Of a stretch of DNA of 64,000 bases, positions 1 to 9,886 are shown piece after piece (positions within the stretch are counted from its first letter, which is position 1; every line of letters starts with the position of its first letter). The DNA is from an uncultured Flavobacteriaceae bacterium. GTDB taxonomy: Bacteria > Bacteroidota > Bacteroidia > Flavobacteriales > Flavobacteriaceae. The position numbers and the translations under genes were made by a program. The DNA lies in the NCBI GenBank assembly GCA_963704215.1, contig CAVPHK010000007.1, forward strand, positions 10,823 through 74,822, written 5' to 3'. Under the pieces are notes generated by a model, which worked only from the letters and a program-made list of their open reading frames with translations, was not told the DNA's origin and searched no databases.

Positions 1-1
1 A

Positions 2-238
2 AAAATTAAAAGTGATTATATCACGCATATTCCATTAAGCGAACTTAAAAAGTCGGTTCACAAAATAGATTCTGAAAAACAAAAAGTTATTTTTTGCCAG
101 TCAGGAATACGAAGTAAACAAGCTGTTTCAGTATTAAATAAATTAAATATTTTAAACTGCTATAGTATTAAAGAAAGTGCTTTCGAAGTAAAAGCATTTT
201 TAGAACAACATCAAAAAGCATTAACAAATGACAGATAA
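2..238 (+). CDS. 3' end of MoeB/ThiF-family protein (C-terminal rhodanese domain), truncated by window edge
   Basis: Frame 2 reads ...HIPLSELKKSVHKIDSEKQKVIFCQSGIRSKQAV...TNDR* with the rhodanese CxSGxRS loop. It overlaps the moaE start. Confidence 0.7.
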   Translation, partial: KIKSDYITHIPLSELKKSVHKIDSEKQKVIFCQSGIRSKQAVSVLNKLNILNCYSIKESAFEVKAFLEQHQKALTNDR

Positions 239-671
239 AAAACCAAAAAGCGTATTCAAACAAGGAGCTATTTCTTCAGAATTTATTGGAGAATCCATCG
301 CAAAACATCAAACCAAAACCAGTATTGGTGCGCACAATATATTTTTAGGTCAGGTGAGAGCTGATGTAATTGATGGAAAGACGGTTGCTGCCATAGAATA
401 TACCGCTTATGAAGATATGGCTAACCAAAAGTTTCACGACATTCGAGAAGCGGCTTTTGAAAAATTTGAATTAACCTGTATGCACATTTATCACAGTTTA
501 GGCACTGTAAAAGCAGGAGAAATTTGCTTATTTGTATTTGTGTCTTCACCTAGACGAAAAGTAGTTTTTAAAGCATTAGAATATATAGTTGAAGAAATTA
601 AAGCACATGTCCCCGTTTTTGGAAAAGAGATTTTTGAAGACGACACACATCAATGGAAGAAAAACACGTAA
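228..671 (+). CDS. moaE: Molybdopterin synthase catalytic subunit
   Basis: FLGQVR, IEYTAYEDMA, HSLG and VPVFGKE motifs; moa operon context. Confidence 0.93.
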   Translation: MTDKKPKSVFKQGAISSEFIGESIAKHQTKTSIGAHNIFLGQVRADVIDGKTVAAIEYTAYEDMANQKFHDIREAAFEKFELTCMHIYHSLGTVKAGEICLFVFVSSPRRKVVFKALEYIVEEIKAHVPVFGKEIFEDDTHQWKKNT

Positions 672-677
672 GTGTTT

Positions 678-717
678 TGTGGAATCGTTAATTTGTTTAA
701 TTGTTAAATCGTAAATA
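678..717. repeat. Left octamer array (YGTTWAAT x5) upstream of the four-helix-bundle gene
   Basis: tgtggaat cgttaatt tgtttaat tgttaaat cgtaaata in 8-bp register. Confidence 0.75.
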
Positions 718-1082
718 TGGCATACACGTTTGCATCTGAAAAACTAAATGTTTGGATTGATTCTAAGGAACTAGTTAAAATAATTTATACAATCACGAAG
801 GATTTTCCCGGTGAAGAAAAATTCGGATTAACAAATCAATTAAGAAGAGCTTCGGTTTCGATTGCTTATAATTTAGCAGAGAGCACATCAAGAAATACCA
901 GTAAAGATAAAGCTCATTTTACATCTTTATCGTTTAGTTCATTAATGGAAGTACTAAATCAAATAATAATTGCAAGAGAATTAAATTATATTAAAGAAAA
1001 TAATTATCAATTAATTAGAACCGAAATTGAAAAAAATTCTAATAAGTTAAACGCTTTACGAAACTCACAATTAAACAGTTAA
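717..1082 (+). CDS. Four helix bundle protein (23S rRNA intervening-sequence protein family)
   Basis: EKLNVW, FPGEEKFGLTNQLRRASVSI and NLAES family motifs. Confidence 0.92.
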   Translation: MAYTFASEKLNVWIDSKELVKIIYTITKDFPGEEKFGLTNQLRRASVSIAYNLAESTSRNTSKDKAHFTSLSFSSLMEVLNQIIIARELNYIKENNYQLIRTEIEKNSNKLNALRNSQLNS

Positions 1083-1101
1083 ACAATTCAACGCATCAAC
1101 A
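1070..1101. repeat. Right octamer array (ATTWAACR x4), reverse complement of the left array
   Basis: attaaaca gttaaaca attcaacg catcaaca. Confidence 0.75.
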
Positions 1102-1105
1102 TATA

Positions 1106-2017
1106 ATGGTAGATATCACACATAAAAGCACAACATTACGAACCGCGGTAGCACAAGCTATTGTGAAAGTCAGCAAACCCGAAACCATAATCGCCATTCA
1201 AAACGATTCGGTTCCAAAAGGCAATGTATTTGCCATGAGTAAAGCCGCGGGTTTATTAGGAGTAAAAAGAACACCTGATATTTTACCAGATTGCCACCCC
1301 TTGCCTATTGAATTTACTAGTGTTGAATACGAAATAGACGAATTAGAAATAACAGTAATTTTCACCGTAAAAACTATTTACAAAACAGGTGTTGAGGTTG
1401 AAGCAATGCATGGTGCCAGCGTGGTTGCTTTAAACATGTACGACATGCTGAAACCAATAGATAAAGGAATCGAAATTCATCATATAAAATTATTAAACAA
1501 AAAAGGTGGTAAATCGGACTTTAAAGACAGGTTTAGAAAAGATTTAACTGCTGCTGTTATAGTGTGTTCCGATACAATTTCGGAGGGACATAAAGAAGAT
1601 AAAGCAGGAAAAGCCATTATTGAAAAATTAGAAACTTGCGAGGTAAACGTTGAAGAATACATCATAATTCCAGATGAAAAAGACATCATTCAGGAAAAAG
1701 CAAAAATGTATCAAAGTCGGGGCATCGATTTAATAATATTTACAGGAGGTACTGGACTTTCGACAAGAGATGTTACCCCAGAAGCGCTTACACCGCTATT
1801 AGACAGACGCATTCCTGGTATTGAAGAAGCGATTCGTAATTACGGTCAAGACAGAACCCCATATTCGATGCTATCTAGGAGTATTGCGGGTACTCTTAAA
1901 AACACTTTAATACTGGCATTACCTGGATCAACCAATGGTGCAAGTGAATCTATGGATGCTATTTTTCCTTCGGTATTACATATTTTCAGAATTTTAAAAG
2001 GAGCCCGACACGATTAA
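1106..2017 (+). CDS. moaC: Bifunctional MoaC / MoaB-MogA molybdenum cofactor biosynthesis protein
   Basis: MVDITHK, LPDCHPL and KTGVEVEA (MoaC) fused to TGGTGLSTRDVTPEA and LPGS (MoaB/MogA). Confidence 0.93.
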   Translation: MVDITHKSTTLRTAVAQAIVKVSKPETIIAIQNDSVPKGNVFAMSKAAGLLGVKRTPDILPDCHPLPIEFTSVEYEIDELEITVIFTVKTIYKTGVEVEAMHGASVVALNMYDMLKPIDKGIEIHHIKLLNKKGGKSDFKDRFRKDLTAAVIVCSDTISEGHKEDKAGKAIIEKLETCEVNVEEYIIIPDEKDIIQEKAKMYQSRGIDLIIFTGGTGLSTRDVTPEALTPLLDRRIPGIEEAIRNYGQDRTPYSMLSRSIAGTLKNTLILALPGSTNGASESMDAIFPSVLHIFRILKGARHD

Positions 2018-2018
2018 A

Positions 2019-2084
2019 CGTTTATTCGTGGAATCGTTTAGTCGTTTAACCGATTACACAATTCAACGATTCAACAATTAAACA
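2019..2084. repeat. Empty octamer-array element (left and right arms, no gene)
   Basis: cgtttatt cgtggaat cgtttagt cgtttaac cg attacaca attcaacg attcaaca attaaaca; shares exact 11-mers with both flanks of 717..1082. Confidence 0.75.
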
Positions 2085-2094
2085 GAGCAAAGAA

Positions 2095-3102
2095 ATGAAC
2101 AAAAATAAAAACATATTACAAGATTTACATGGTAGGAACCATGCCTATTTACGCATTTCACTAATAGAACGCTGTAATTTACGTTGTTCATATTGTATGC
2201 CAGAAGAAGGCGTTCAATTGTCGCCTAAAAGTCATATAATGACCTATGAAGAAATCTATGAAATAGCAAAAACGTTCGTCAATCATGGGGTTACTAAGAT
2301 TAGACTCACCGGTGGAGAGCCCTTAATTAGAAAAGATATTCCTGTTATATTAGAAAAACTGGCTACGCTACCAGTTGAATTATCTATTACCTCGAATGCT
2401 GTAATAATTGACAAATTTATTGATGTATTAAAACAGAATAGCGTTAAAAAAATAAATATTAGTCTAGATTCATTAGACAAAAATAAATTTCATCAAATTA
2501 CCCGTCGCGATCAATTCGAAATCGTTTATAAAAACATGCTGCTTTTAGTAGAAGAAGGTTTTACAGTAAAAGTAAACGTGGTGCTAATGAAAGACTTTAA
2601 CGAGAATGAAATCATTGATTTTATAAACTTAACCAAAGAGCTTCCAATAGTGATTCGATTTATAGAATTCATGCCCTTCGATGGCAATAAATGGGATTTA
2701 AGCAAAATGGTGTCTTATAAAGAAGTGATGGAATATGTAAATGCCTCTTTTCCAGAAAACCAAATTGAGAGGCTCCAAGATGCTCCAAATGATACGTCCA
2801 AGAATTATAAAATAACTGGTTATCAAGGCAGTTTTGCTATTATTAGTTCTGTTACCAACCCATTTTGCGACTCATGCAATAGACTGCGTTTAACCGCAAA
2901 CGGTCAATTAAAAAACTGTTTATTTTCTTCCGAAGAATCCGATTTATTAACTAAACTTCGTGAAGGAAAATCTATTGAGCCTATCATTCAAAAAGCAGTT
3001 CAGGCGAAGTTTAAAGTGCGTGGAGGTATGGATACGTTAAAAAAATTACAAAAGCCTAAACTCCACAATAACAATAGAAGCATGATTACTATCGGCGGTT
3101 GA
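2095..3102 (+). CDS. moaA: GTP 3',8-cyclase
   Basis: Radical SAM motif CNLRCSYC, second cluster motif FCDSCNRLRL...C, C-terminal IGG. Confidence 0.96.
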   Translation: MNKNKNILQDLHGRNHAYLRISLIERCNLRCSYCMPEEGVQLSPKSHIMTYEEIYEIAKTFVNHGVTKIRLTGGEPLIRKDIPVILEKLATLPVELSITSNAVIIDKFIDVLKQNSVKKINISLDSLDKNKFHQITRRDQFEIVYKNMLLLVEEGFTVKVNVVLMKDFNENEIIDFINLTKELPIVIRFIEFMPFDGNKWDLSKMVSYKEVMEYVNASFPENQIERLQDAPNDTSKNYKITGYQGSFAIISSVTNPFCDSCNRLRLTANGQLKNCLFSSEESDLLTKLREGKSIEPIIQKAVQAKFKVRGGMDTLKKLQKPKLHNNNRSMITIGG

Positions 3103-3154
3103 TTTGCTCTGGATATTTTTAGTTTGTAATCAAATCATGGGATACACGATATAT

Positions 3155-4582
3155 TTATTTAACCAAAATTTTCTTCTCAAAACTACTTTTTGGCGCTTCA
3201 CACAGCGAACATTCATAGCTATCGGGCAATGTTTCGAAAGGTGTATTTGGTGAAATATGCTGAGTAATATCGCCATAAATCTCGTTGTAAACCGTTAAAC
3301 AATCTTTGCATTGAAACACTTGTTCTTCTGAAGCTTCTTTTTTAACTTCTTGCAAAGTAATATCTTCTCGTTCTGTACCTAGTTGATCGAAGTACAACTG
3401 ACTTAATTCCATTAACAACCCAGGTAGTTCTACTTTATCTACATCTTGAACGTGCATGATATAATCGCGAGTATTCGGATCGAAATTTTTGGCGTACAAT
3501 AAATTATACGTATCTCGAATTACAAAATCGCCCAACGCTTCTGGCTGTTTGTTTTTTTCGACCACTATAGACGTGAAATAATAGGCGTTACTGGCGTAAT
3601 TGGTGAGTCCGAAGGTTAAACCATAGGTACTAATATCGTTTTGATCGAAATTGGTTACCAGGTACTTTTTAAGGTTTAAAGCCTCTTTATCATTTACCGG
3701 TAAATGCCAGTTTAGCTCCAGCATAGAGTGACGCACATTGATACCGAATTTACCTAAAAATTTTTCCCACTGTAGTTTTGCCTGTAACGGAATACCTTTA
3801 ACAATAAAGGATTTCCATGGGGTAATAGATATTTTACCTATTTTATTTTCTGCACACAACTCGCACATGGCTTTTAGAAAAGCCAAGTCGTAGCGGTTAT
3901 TTCGCCAATACAATCCCAACCAATATTTGTCCCCAATTCGGTTCATGCCTTCGTAATACGGAAATGGATAAAATGGCACATCTAATGGTTTGTCTACCGT
4001 TCTGTTATTGGTATCAATAGCATCACTAACCAATTCGAAAATAGTTTCTACATTCTCTGGTTCTTCCTGCAAAATATTTTCGATGGCGAGCTCTACTTTG
4101 TCTAAATCCCAACTGTAAATAAGCGCCGGATACATGACTGTTTTTTTCCATTCCGGAAGACGAATGTATAAATACCAATAGTCTTCATGCTCTGAAGCAA
4201 TAAAGTTAATATGTCCTGTAAATAAGGGTACTAAACGTTGTTTAGGATCGGTAATATTTACACGTAATTTAAGGGTGTGTTTAAATTGTTCTAAAACATA
4301 CAAATAACGATCGCTTGTTAGCCATGAGGTATTTGGAAAGATATCTGCCGATACATAAGACGACACCATATTTTCTGTACGAACCTGATTTGGCAACACG
4401 ATTTGAAGTTTATCAAAAGTCTTTAGTTTTTCTAAATCGACAGGTTCTGGAAATATAATGTCTTGTCTAGAACCAAAAGATATGGTATCTAATCCTAAAC
4501 TTTCGGCGGCTTCACAAATGTATTTTAACTCACCAGGTGATAACACACCGCCATTAACTATTAATCTAAAAGATTCCTTCAT
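3155..4582 (-). CDS. Rubredoxin-domain protein with N-terminal nitrite/sulfite-reductase ferredoxin-like half domains
   Basis: GGVLSPGELKYICEAAE...SFGSRQDI at the N-terminus; C-terminal CKDC...FETLPDSYECSLC rubredoxin; overlaps the nitrate reductase stop. Confidence 0.8.
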   Translation of the reverse strand: MKESFRLIVNGGVLSPGELKYICEAAESLGLDTISFGSRQDIIFPEPVDLEKLKTFDKLQIVLPNQVRTENMVSSYVSADIFPNTSWLTSDRYLYVLEQFKHTLKLRVNITDPKQRLVPLFTGHINFIASEHEDYWYLYIRLPEWKKTVMYPALIYSWDLDKVELAIENILQEEPENVETIFELVSDAIDTNNRTVDKPLDVPFYPFPYYEGMNRIGDKYWLGLYWRNNRYDLAFLKAMCELCAENKIGKISITPWKSFIVKGIPLQAKLQWEKFLGKFGINVRHSMLELNWHLPVNDKEALNLKKYLVTNFDQNDISTYGLTFGLTNYASNAYYFTSIVVEKNKQPEALGDFVIRDTYNLLYAKNFDPNTRDYIMHVQDVDKVELPGLLMELSQLYFDQLGTEREDITLQEVKKEASEEQVFQCKDCLTVYNEIYGDITQHISPNTPFETLPDSYECSLCEAPKSSFEKKILVK

Positions 4583-7500
4583 GCCAATACCTTTGCGTTA
4601 TTTAAAATTTCCCTTATCTCTGTTTTACAGCTTCCACAACCTAAACCAGCACCTGTTTTATTACATAACTCAGTAAAATCATTACAACCACTTTTAATAG
4701 CTTCTTCAATATTTCCTGCCCCTACCTGACTGCAGGAACACACTAATTTACCTAAAACAGGAACATCGTTGGAAGCACCTCGCAATAGAGTATTTCGTTT
4801 TTCAGACATTTCTATTTTACTCTCAATCATGGTTTTAAATTCGGCAAACTCATTTTTATCGCCCATTAAGACCGCACCAATCAATAAATCGTCTTTAACG
4901 ATACATTTTTTATAATAACGTTTGGTAATATCGGTGAAAATAACTTCTTCATACGAATCGTCGTTTTCAGGAACATCAATATCACCAATACTACACAGAT
5001 TTAAATCGTTGAATTTCAATATATTCATTAACACTGATCCGTTATAAGATGAACTCACATCTCCTGCTATGAAGTTTGCTAATATAGTAGCCTGCTCTTC
5101 GGCTGCTGAAGTAATTCCGAATAACTGATTATTAAATTCAGCAATTTCACCAATAGCAAAAATATCTGGATGAGACGATTGTAAATGCTGATTCACCTTC
5201 ACCCCACGGCTGCATAAAATGCCATTTTCTCTGGCAATTTCTACATTTGGGATGGTTCCAATAGCATACACAATAGCATTGGCAGAAATAAATTTACCAC
5301 TCTTTAAAGTAATGTTTAATTCGCCTGTATCTTCATCATCAAACACCGTACTAACCTCATTATCGAAGTAAATTTGAATACCACGTTCCTGCACATCTAA
5401 AGCCAACAACTTGCTGGAAACTTTATCTAACTGTCTCTCCATTAATCTCGAAGCTCGTTGAATAATCGTAATTTTTACGTTTTTGTGCTTCATGGCCGCT
5501 GCTAACTCCAAACCTAATAAACCACCACCAACAATAACCACATGTTGCTCTTCGGGTGGTAAACCTGTAGCATCTAAATAGGATTTAAATCTATCGGCAT
5601 CATTTTTATTCCGCATGGTAAAACGCCCTGGCAAATCTATTTGAACATCTTTTGGAATAAATGCACGACTTCCTGTTGCCAGAATTAATTTATTGAAGGT
5701 ATGTTTCTCGCCATTAGTATCTGTAACCTCTTTATTTTCAGAATCGATTGTATTAATGGAAGTCTCTGGATAGACTTTAATATTTAATTTACTTAGCTCT
5801 TTTTGTTTTATTTTAAGAAGTTGATCCCAAGATAATTCTTCAGTCACATATTCCGGCAACAACACCCTGTTATAGAACAAATTAGGCTCTTTTGAAAAAA
5901 CATGAATTTCATCAACTTCGTTAGATTCTCTATAATTTTGAACAAATCTGAAGGCTGCAGCGCCGGCACCAACAATGATTATTTTTTCGACTGCCTTTTT
6001 ATATTTTGAAACCGATACGCGTGTGTATTTAAAATCTGGTTCTTTTGAAACTGGATCAAGCAATGTATTGGTTAAATTGTTAGCTCTGTTTAAATCGCTT
6101 TGCAGTTGTTTACCCCAATGCATCGGCAAAAACACACAACCTTTTACAATGTTATCGGTAACTTTTGCACGTACTCTAACAACGCCATTTTCACTTTTAA
6201 TTTCGGTAATATCACCATCTTTTATTTTACTCAAATACGCATCAACAGGGTTAATTTCTAATACTGGTGTTGGATAATGCGTTTTTAAACGCGATACTTT
6301 CCCGGTTTTAGTCATGGTGTGCCATTGGTCGCGCACTCTTCCTGTTGTTAAAACCAAAGGATAAGTTCCATTAGGTTGTAATGACTTATTTTCTATGTTG
6401 GTTGCCACATTAAAAATGGCTTTTTGAGACGGTGTATAAAACTTTTTATCTTGAAAAAGTCTTTGTGTTCCAGCATGACGGTGTTCTGGTACGGGCCATT
6501 GGAAGGTGCCTTCACTTTTTAATCGGTCGTAATTAAGAAACGATATATCAATTTTTGTTCCTTTAGTCATCGAACAATATTCTTCGTAAATTTCTTCAGC
6601 ACTGTTAAAATTAAATCCTCGGAAGCCCATACGCTGTGCGAAATCGCAAAAAATCTCCACATCGGGTCTGGCTTCACCCGGCGCATTAATTTCCTTTGGC
6701 AGATAAGAAATTCGTCGCTCCGAATTCGTCATCGTCCCTTCTTTTTCCAACCAACCAGCAGCGGGCAGTACCAAATCGGCAAAAGCTACGGTATCAGATT
6801 TATGCGAAATATCTTGAACAACCACAAACTTAGCATTTTTCATGGCGCGTTCTATACGATGCGTATTTGGTAAGCTTACTAACGGATTGGTACAAGCAAT
6901 CCAAATGGCTTTTAATTTCCCAGATTCTAAAGCATCAAACATTTCGGTAGCAGTTAAACCTGGTTTTGGTGATATTTGATCGACTCCCCAAAATTGTGCG
7001 ACTTCTCTACGGTGTTCTTCATTTTGTAAATCTTTGTGTACTGCCAAAAGATTTGCCATACCTCCTACTTCACGACCTCCCATGGCATTTGGTTGTCCTG
7101 TTAATGAAAACGGACCCGATCCTGGCTTACCGACTTGCCCCGTAATTAGTGATAAATTTAGTAGTGCAGTATTTTTATCGGTGCCAATAACACTTTGATT
7201 AAGCCCCATGGTCCACATACTTATAAATCCTTTTGAAAGCCCTATAATATCGGCGGCTTTTCGAATATCAGTTTCTGAAATTCCACATATTTTTGAAGCT
7301 TCTTTTAGGGAAGTATCGAAAATTTGAGTTTTATAGGCATCAAACCCTTCCGTATGGTTTTTAATGAAGTCTTCATCAATTAATCCTCGTTTATATAAAC
7401 ATCTAGCAATGGCATTGTATAAAATAACATCGGTTCCCGGAATTAATTGTAAATGCAAATCGGCGAAATTCGCTGTATCGGTTTTACGCGGATCAATAAC

Positions 7501-8100
7501 AATAATTTTTACATGGGGGTTTTTCTCCTTATGTTGCTCGATGCGTCTAAATAAAATGGGATGGCACCAGGCTGGATTTGCGCCTGTAATAAGAAAACAA
7601 TCGGCTAATTCAATATCTTCATAAGAAACTGGCACACTGTCTTCTCCAAAGGTTTTTTTATAGCCAACTACTGCCGAACTCATACACAAACGTGAATTCG
7701 TATCAATATTATTCGTTCCTAAAAAGCCTTTGGTTAGTTTATTGGCAATATAATATTCTTCGGTTAAACTTTGACCAGACACATAAAACGCCACGCTATC
7801 CGGACCATGTTTTTTTATTATAGATTTAAAAACACTCGCTGCTCTGTCTAAAGCATCATCCCAACTAACACGTTCGCGCGGATGCGAACGACTCCAACGC
7901 ATCTCGGGATGTAAAATTCTATCGGAAGTATCGTTAACAACGTAATGTAAATTCATGCCTTTAGAACAAAGCATACCCTTGTTCACAGGATGGTCTTTGT
8001 CGCCTTCAACCAGCACCTTGTTATTGTTATCTTTTTTAACAATAATCCCGCAACCAACTCCACAATACGAACACGTAGTTTTTACTTCTTTTTTATGCAT
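4579..8100 (-). CDS. nasA: Assimilatory nitrate reductase catalytic subunit fused to an NAD(P)H:FAD oxidoreductase and a BFD-like [2Fe-2S] domain
   Basis: CSYCGVGC...C Fe-S motif, RLCMSS Mo ligand, GQPNAMGGRE, TTGRVRDQWHTMT; then GAGAAA and GGGLLGLE flavoprotein motifs; CSC...GCGSC. Confidence 0.92.
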   Translation of the reverse strand: MHKKEVKTTCSYCGVGCGIIVKKDNNNKVLVEGDKDHPVNKGMLCSKGMNLHYVVNDTSDRILHPEMRWSRSHPRERVSWDDALDRAASVFKSIIKKHGPDSVAFYVSGQSLTEEYYIANKLTKGFLGTNNIDTNSRLCMSSAVVGYKKTFGEDSVPVSYEDIELADCFLITGANPAWCHPILFRRIEQHKEKNPHVKIIVIDPRKTDTANFADLHLQLIPGTDVILYNAIARCLYKRGLIDEDFIKNHTEGFDAYKTQIFDTSLKEASKICGISETDIRKAADIIGLSKGFISMWTMGLNQSVIGTDKNTALLNLSLITGQVGKPGSGPFSLTGQPNAMGGREVGGMANLLAVHKDLQNEEHRREVAQFWGVDQISPKPGLTATEMFDALESGKLKAIWIACTNPLVSLPNTHRIERAMKNAKFVVVQDISHKSDTVAFADLVLPAAGWLEKEGTMTNSERRISYLPKEINAPGEARPDVEIFCDFAQRMGFRGFNFNSAEEIYEEYCSMTKGTKIDISFLNYDRLKSEGTFQWPVPEHRHAGTQRLFQDKKFYTPSQKAIFNVATNIENKSLQPNGTYPLVLTTGRVRDQWHTMTKTGKVSRLKTHYPTPVLEINPVDAYLSKIKDGDITEIKSENGVVRVRAKVTDNIVKGCVFLPMHWGKQLQSDLNRANNLTNTLLDPVSKEPDFKYTRVSVSKYKKAVEKIIIVGAGAAAFRFVQNYRESNEVDEIHVFSKEPNLFYNRVLLPEYVTEELSWDQLLKIKQKELSKLNIKVYPETSINTIDSENKEVTDTNGEKHTFNKLILATGSRAFIPKDVQIDLPGRFTMRNKNDADRFKSYLDATGLPPEEQHVVIVGGGLLGLELAAAMKHKNVKITIIQRASRLMERQLDKVSSKLLALDVQERGIQIYFDNEVSTVFDDEDTGELNITLKSGKFISANAIVYAIGTIPNVEIARENGILCSRGVKVNQHLQSSHPDIFAIGEIAEFNNQLFGITSAAEEQATILANFIAGDVSSSYNGSVLMNILKFNDLNLCSIGDIDVPENDDSYEEVIFTDITKRYYKKCIVKDDLLIGAVLMGDKNEFAEFKTMIESKIEMSEKRNTLLRGASNDVPVLGKLVCSCSQVGAGNIEEAIKSGCNDFTELCNKTGAGLGCGSCKTEIREILNNAKVLA

Positions 8101-8213
8101 TTACAAATACGATTTATTACGAATTACGATAATTTAATTACATCAAACAAGCTCCAAATCTATTATTAGTAATACAATAAAAAAGCTACTTGTTTTTTTT
8201 AAATCTATTAAAA

Positions 8214-9647
8214 TTAGCTTTTATAATCAGCCTTAACAGCAATTAATTCTGGACTAATTTCATTTGAATTTGATTCCATTACACTTTCATCTTCCGTCGA
8301 AAAACGAATAGCAAGTGCTAAAATACCTGTTAACACAACCACAAATCCTATGATAAAATAGCCGCTTGAAACGGCACTGGATGCCGCTGCAGATTGCGCT
8401 GATTTCATAACTTCTTCACCTAGTCCTTGATTTGAAACAAGCGCTGCTTTTTCAGCTACAGCTGCCTTAGATTTTAATAACATAGCCGCTAAAAACGCCC
8501 CTACATTACCACCTGCACCAACAATTCCTGAAACCGAACCAATAGCTTTTTTATTTATAAATGGTACCACAGAAAATGTTGCCCCTTCCGCCATTTGAAC
8601 TGTTAAACTAAATAGGATTAAAAATATAATTCCTAAGAAAATACTTGTAGTAGTAGAAAATGTAACTAACATAATACCTTCTAATGATAAGATGGCTGCA
8701 AGAAATAATACACGACCACGCAAACCTTTAAGTTTGCCAAATTTATCTCCAAAAAAACCACCTAATGTGCGTGCAAAGATATTCATTAGCGCAAAGGATA
8801 AAACAATGTTCCCTGCAGTAAGTCTACTTAATTGAAAGGTATTTTGTAAATAATCGTCCATGGTACCATAAACGGTAAGTTCTATACCAAAACAAGCAGC
8901 ATAAACAACAAAAAGAATCCATGTTCTATAATCTTTTATAACGGTTGAAAAACCAACTTTATCTTTTTTAGTGGTGATAGTTTCCCCAGCTTCTCTTAAA
9001 TCTTTAAAGTTTCCTTCTGGTGTATCTTGTGTAAAAAAGTAATAGACTATTCCCATTAAAAAACAAACGATACCAGCAATAACCATAGAATATCTCCACG
9101 CCTCGGCATCGGCCACTCCAAAACTAACTACGGCAGCAGCAATTAAGGGCATTCCTAATCGGTTAGCACCACCACCTAAATTACCCCAACCAGCCGATGT
9201 AGCATTTGCGGTTCCAACTACATTGGGAGCAAACATTAAAGAGGTATGAACTTGCGTAATAACGAAAGAAGCTCCTATAAAACCAATAAATAATCTACAT
9301 ATTAAAAATTGTAGAGGCGTTTGTACCAAACCACATGCAATTACAGGAATGGCGCCTAATGTTAGCAGCCATGTGTAACATAATCTTGGTCCGTATTTAT
9401 CACATAATTTTCCAATTAGTAATCTGGCAAAAACAGTTCCTGAAACTGCTAAAATGATCGAATTCCATTTTTGAGTAGGTGTTAAACCTAAATCTTTAAC
9501 AACATCAGGCATAAACGGAACAATACCAAACCACGCGAAGAAACACATGAAGAATGAAATTGAAGTAATCCAAAATGTACGTATCGGAATAGATTTAAAG
9601 TTTAATAAATTTAATTTTGTAGCCTTAAGAGATGGTGTACTTTTCAT
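8214..9647 (-). CDS. NarK/NRT2-family nitrate/nitrite MFS transporter
   Basis: AGWGNLGGG nitrate signature, GIVGAGGNVG, about 12 hydrophobic segments. Confidence 0.92.
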   Translation of the reverse strand: MKSTPSLKATKLNLLNFKSIPIRTFWITSISFFMCFFAWFGIVPFMPDVVKDLGLTPTQKWNSIILAVSGTVFARLLIGKLCDKYGPRLCYTWLLTLGAIPVIACGLVQTPLQFLICRLFIGFIGASFVITQVHTSLMFAPNVVGTANATSAGWGNLGGGANRLGMPLIAAAVVSFGVADAEAWRYSMVIAGIVCFLMGIVYYFFTQDTPEGNFKDLREAGETITTKKDKVGFSTVIKDYRTWILFVVYAACFGIELTVYGTMDDYLQNTFQLSRLTAGNIVLSFALMNIFARTLGGFFGDKFGKLKGLRGRVLFLAAILSLEGIMLVTFSTTTSIFLGIIFLILFSLTVQMAEGATFSVVPFINKKAIGSVSGIVGAGGNVGAFLAAMLLKSKAAVAEKAALVSNQGLGEEVMKSAQSAAASSAVSSGYFIIGFVVVLTGILALAIRFSTEDESVMESNSNEISPELIAVKADYKS

Positions 9648-9667
9648 AATAGTTACTTTTATACGTA

Positions 9668-9733
9668 CAAAAATAAGTATAAATACTTAATTCTATAAAT
9701 ATAAATTACGTATTAACTAATTAATACGTAATT
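9668..9733 (-). promoter_or_regulatory. Bacteroidota -7 promoter element (TATTTTTG) with overlapping palindrome TAAGTA-N4-TACTTA and an upstream 13-bp inverted repeat
   Basis: CAAAAATA 9668-9675; TAAGTATAAATACTTA 9674-9689; AATTACGTATTAA/TTAATACGTAATT 9704-9733. Confidence 0.6.
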
Positions 9734-9886
9734 AGTAATTATCGAAAAGTGTTTTTATGAATCTTTCAAAAAAAGAATGAATAAAATAGCAGATTATGTG
9801 ATATTATATACTTTGGATAGATGCAAAGTATAATCATAATTTACTAAAAAATACGTATTCTTGATTAAAAGTAAAAAATTGAAGTA

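Noticed and set aside
717-1082. Four-helix-bundle gene as Avd of a diversity-generating retroelement, or as a sign of a 23S rRNA gene
   Set aside because: No reverse transcriptase, TR/VR pair or rRNA sequence is visible in the window.
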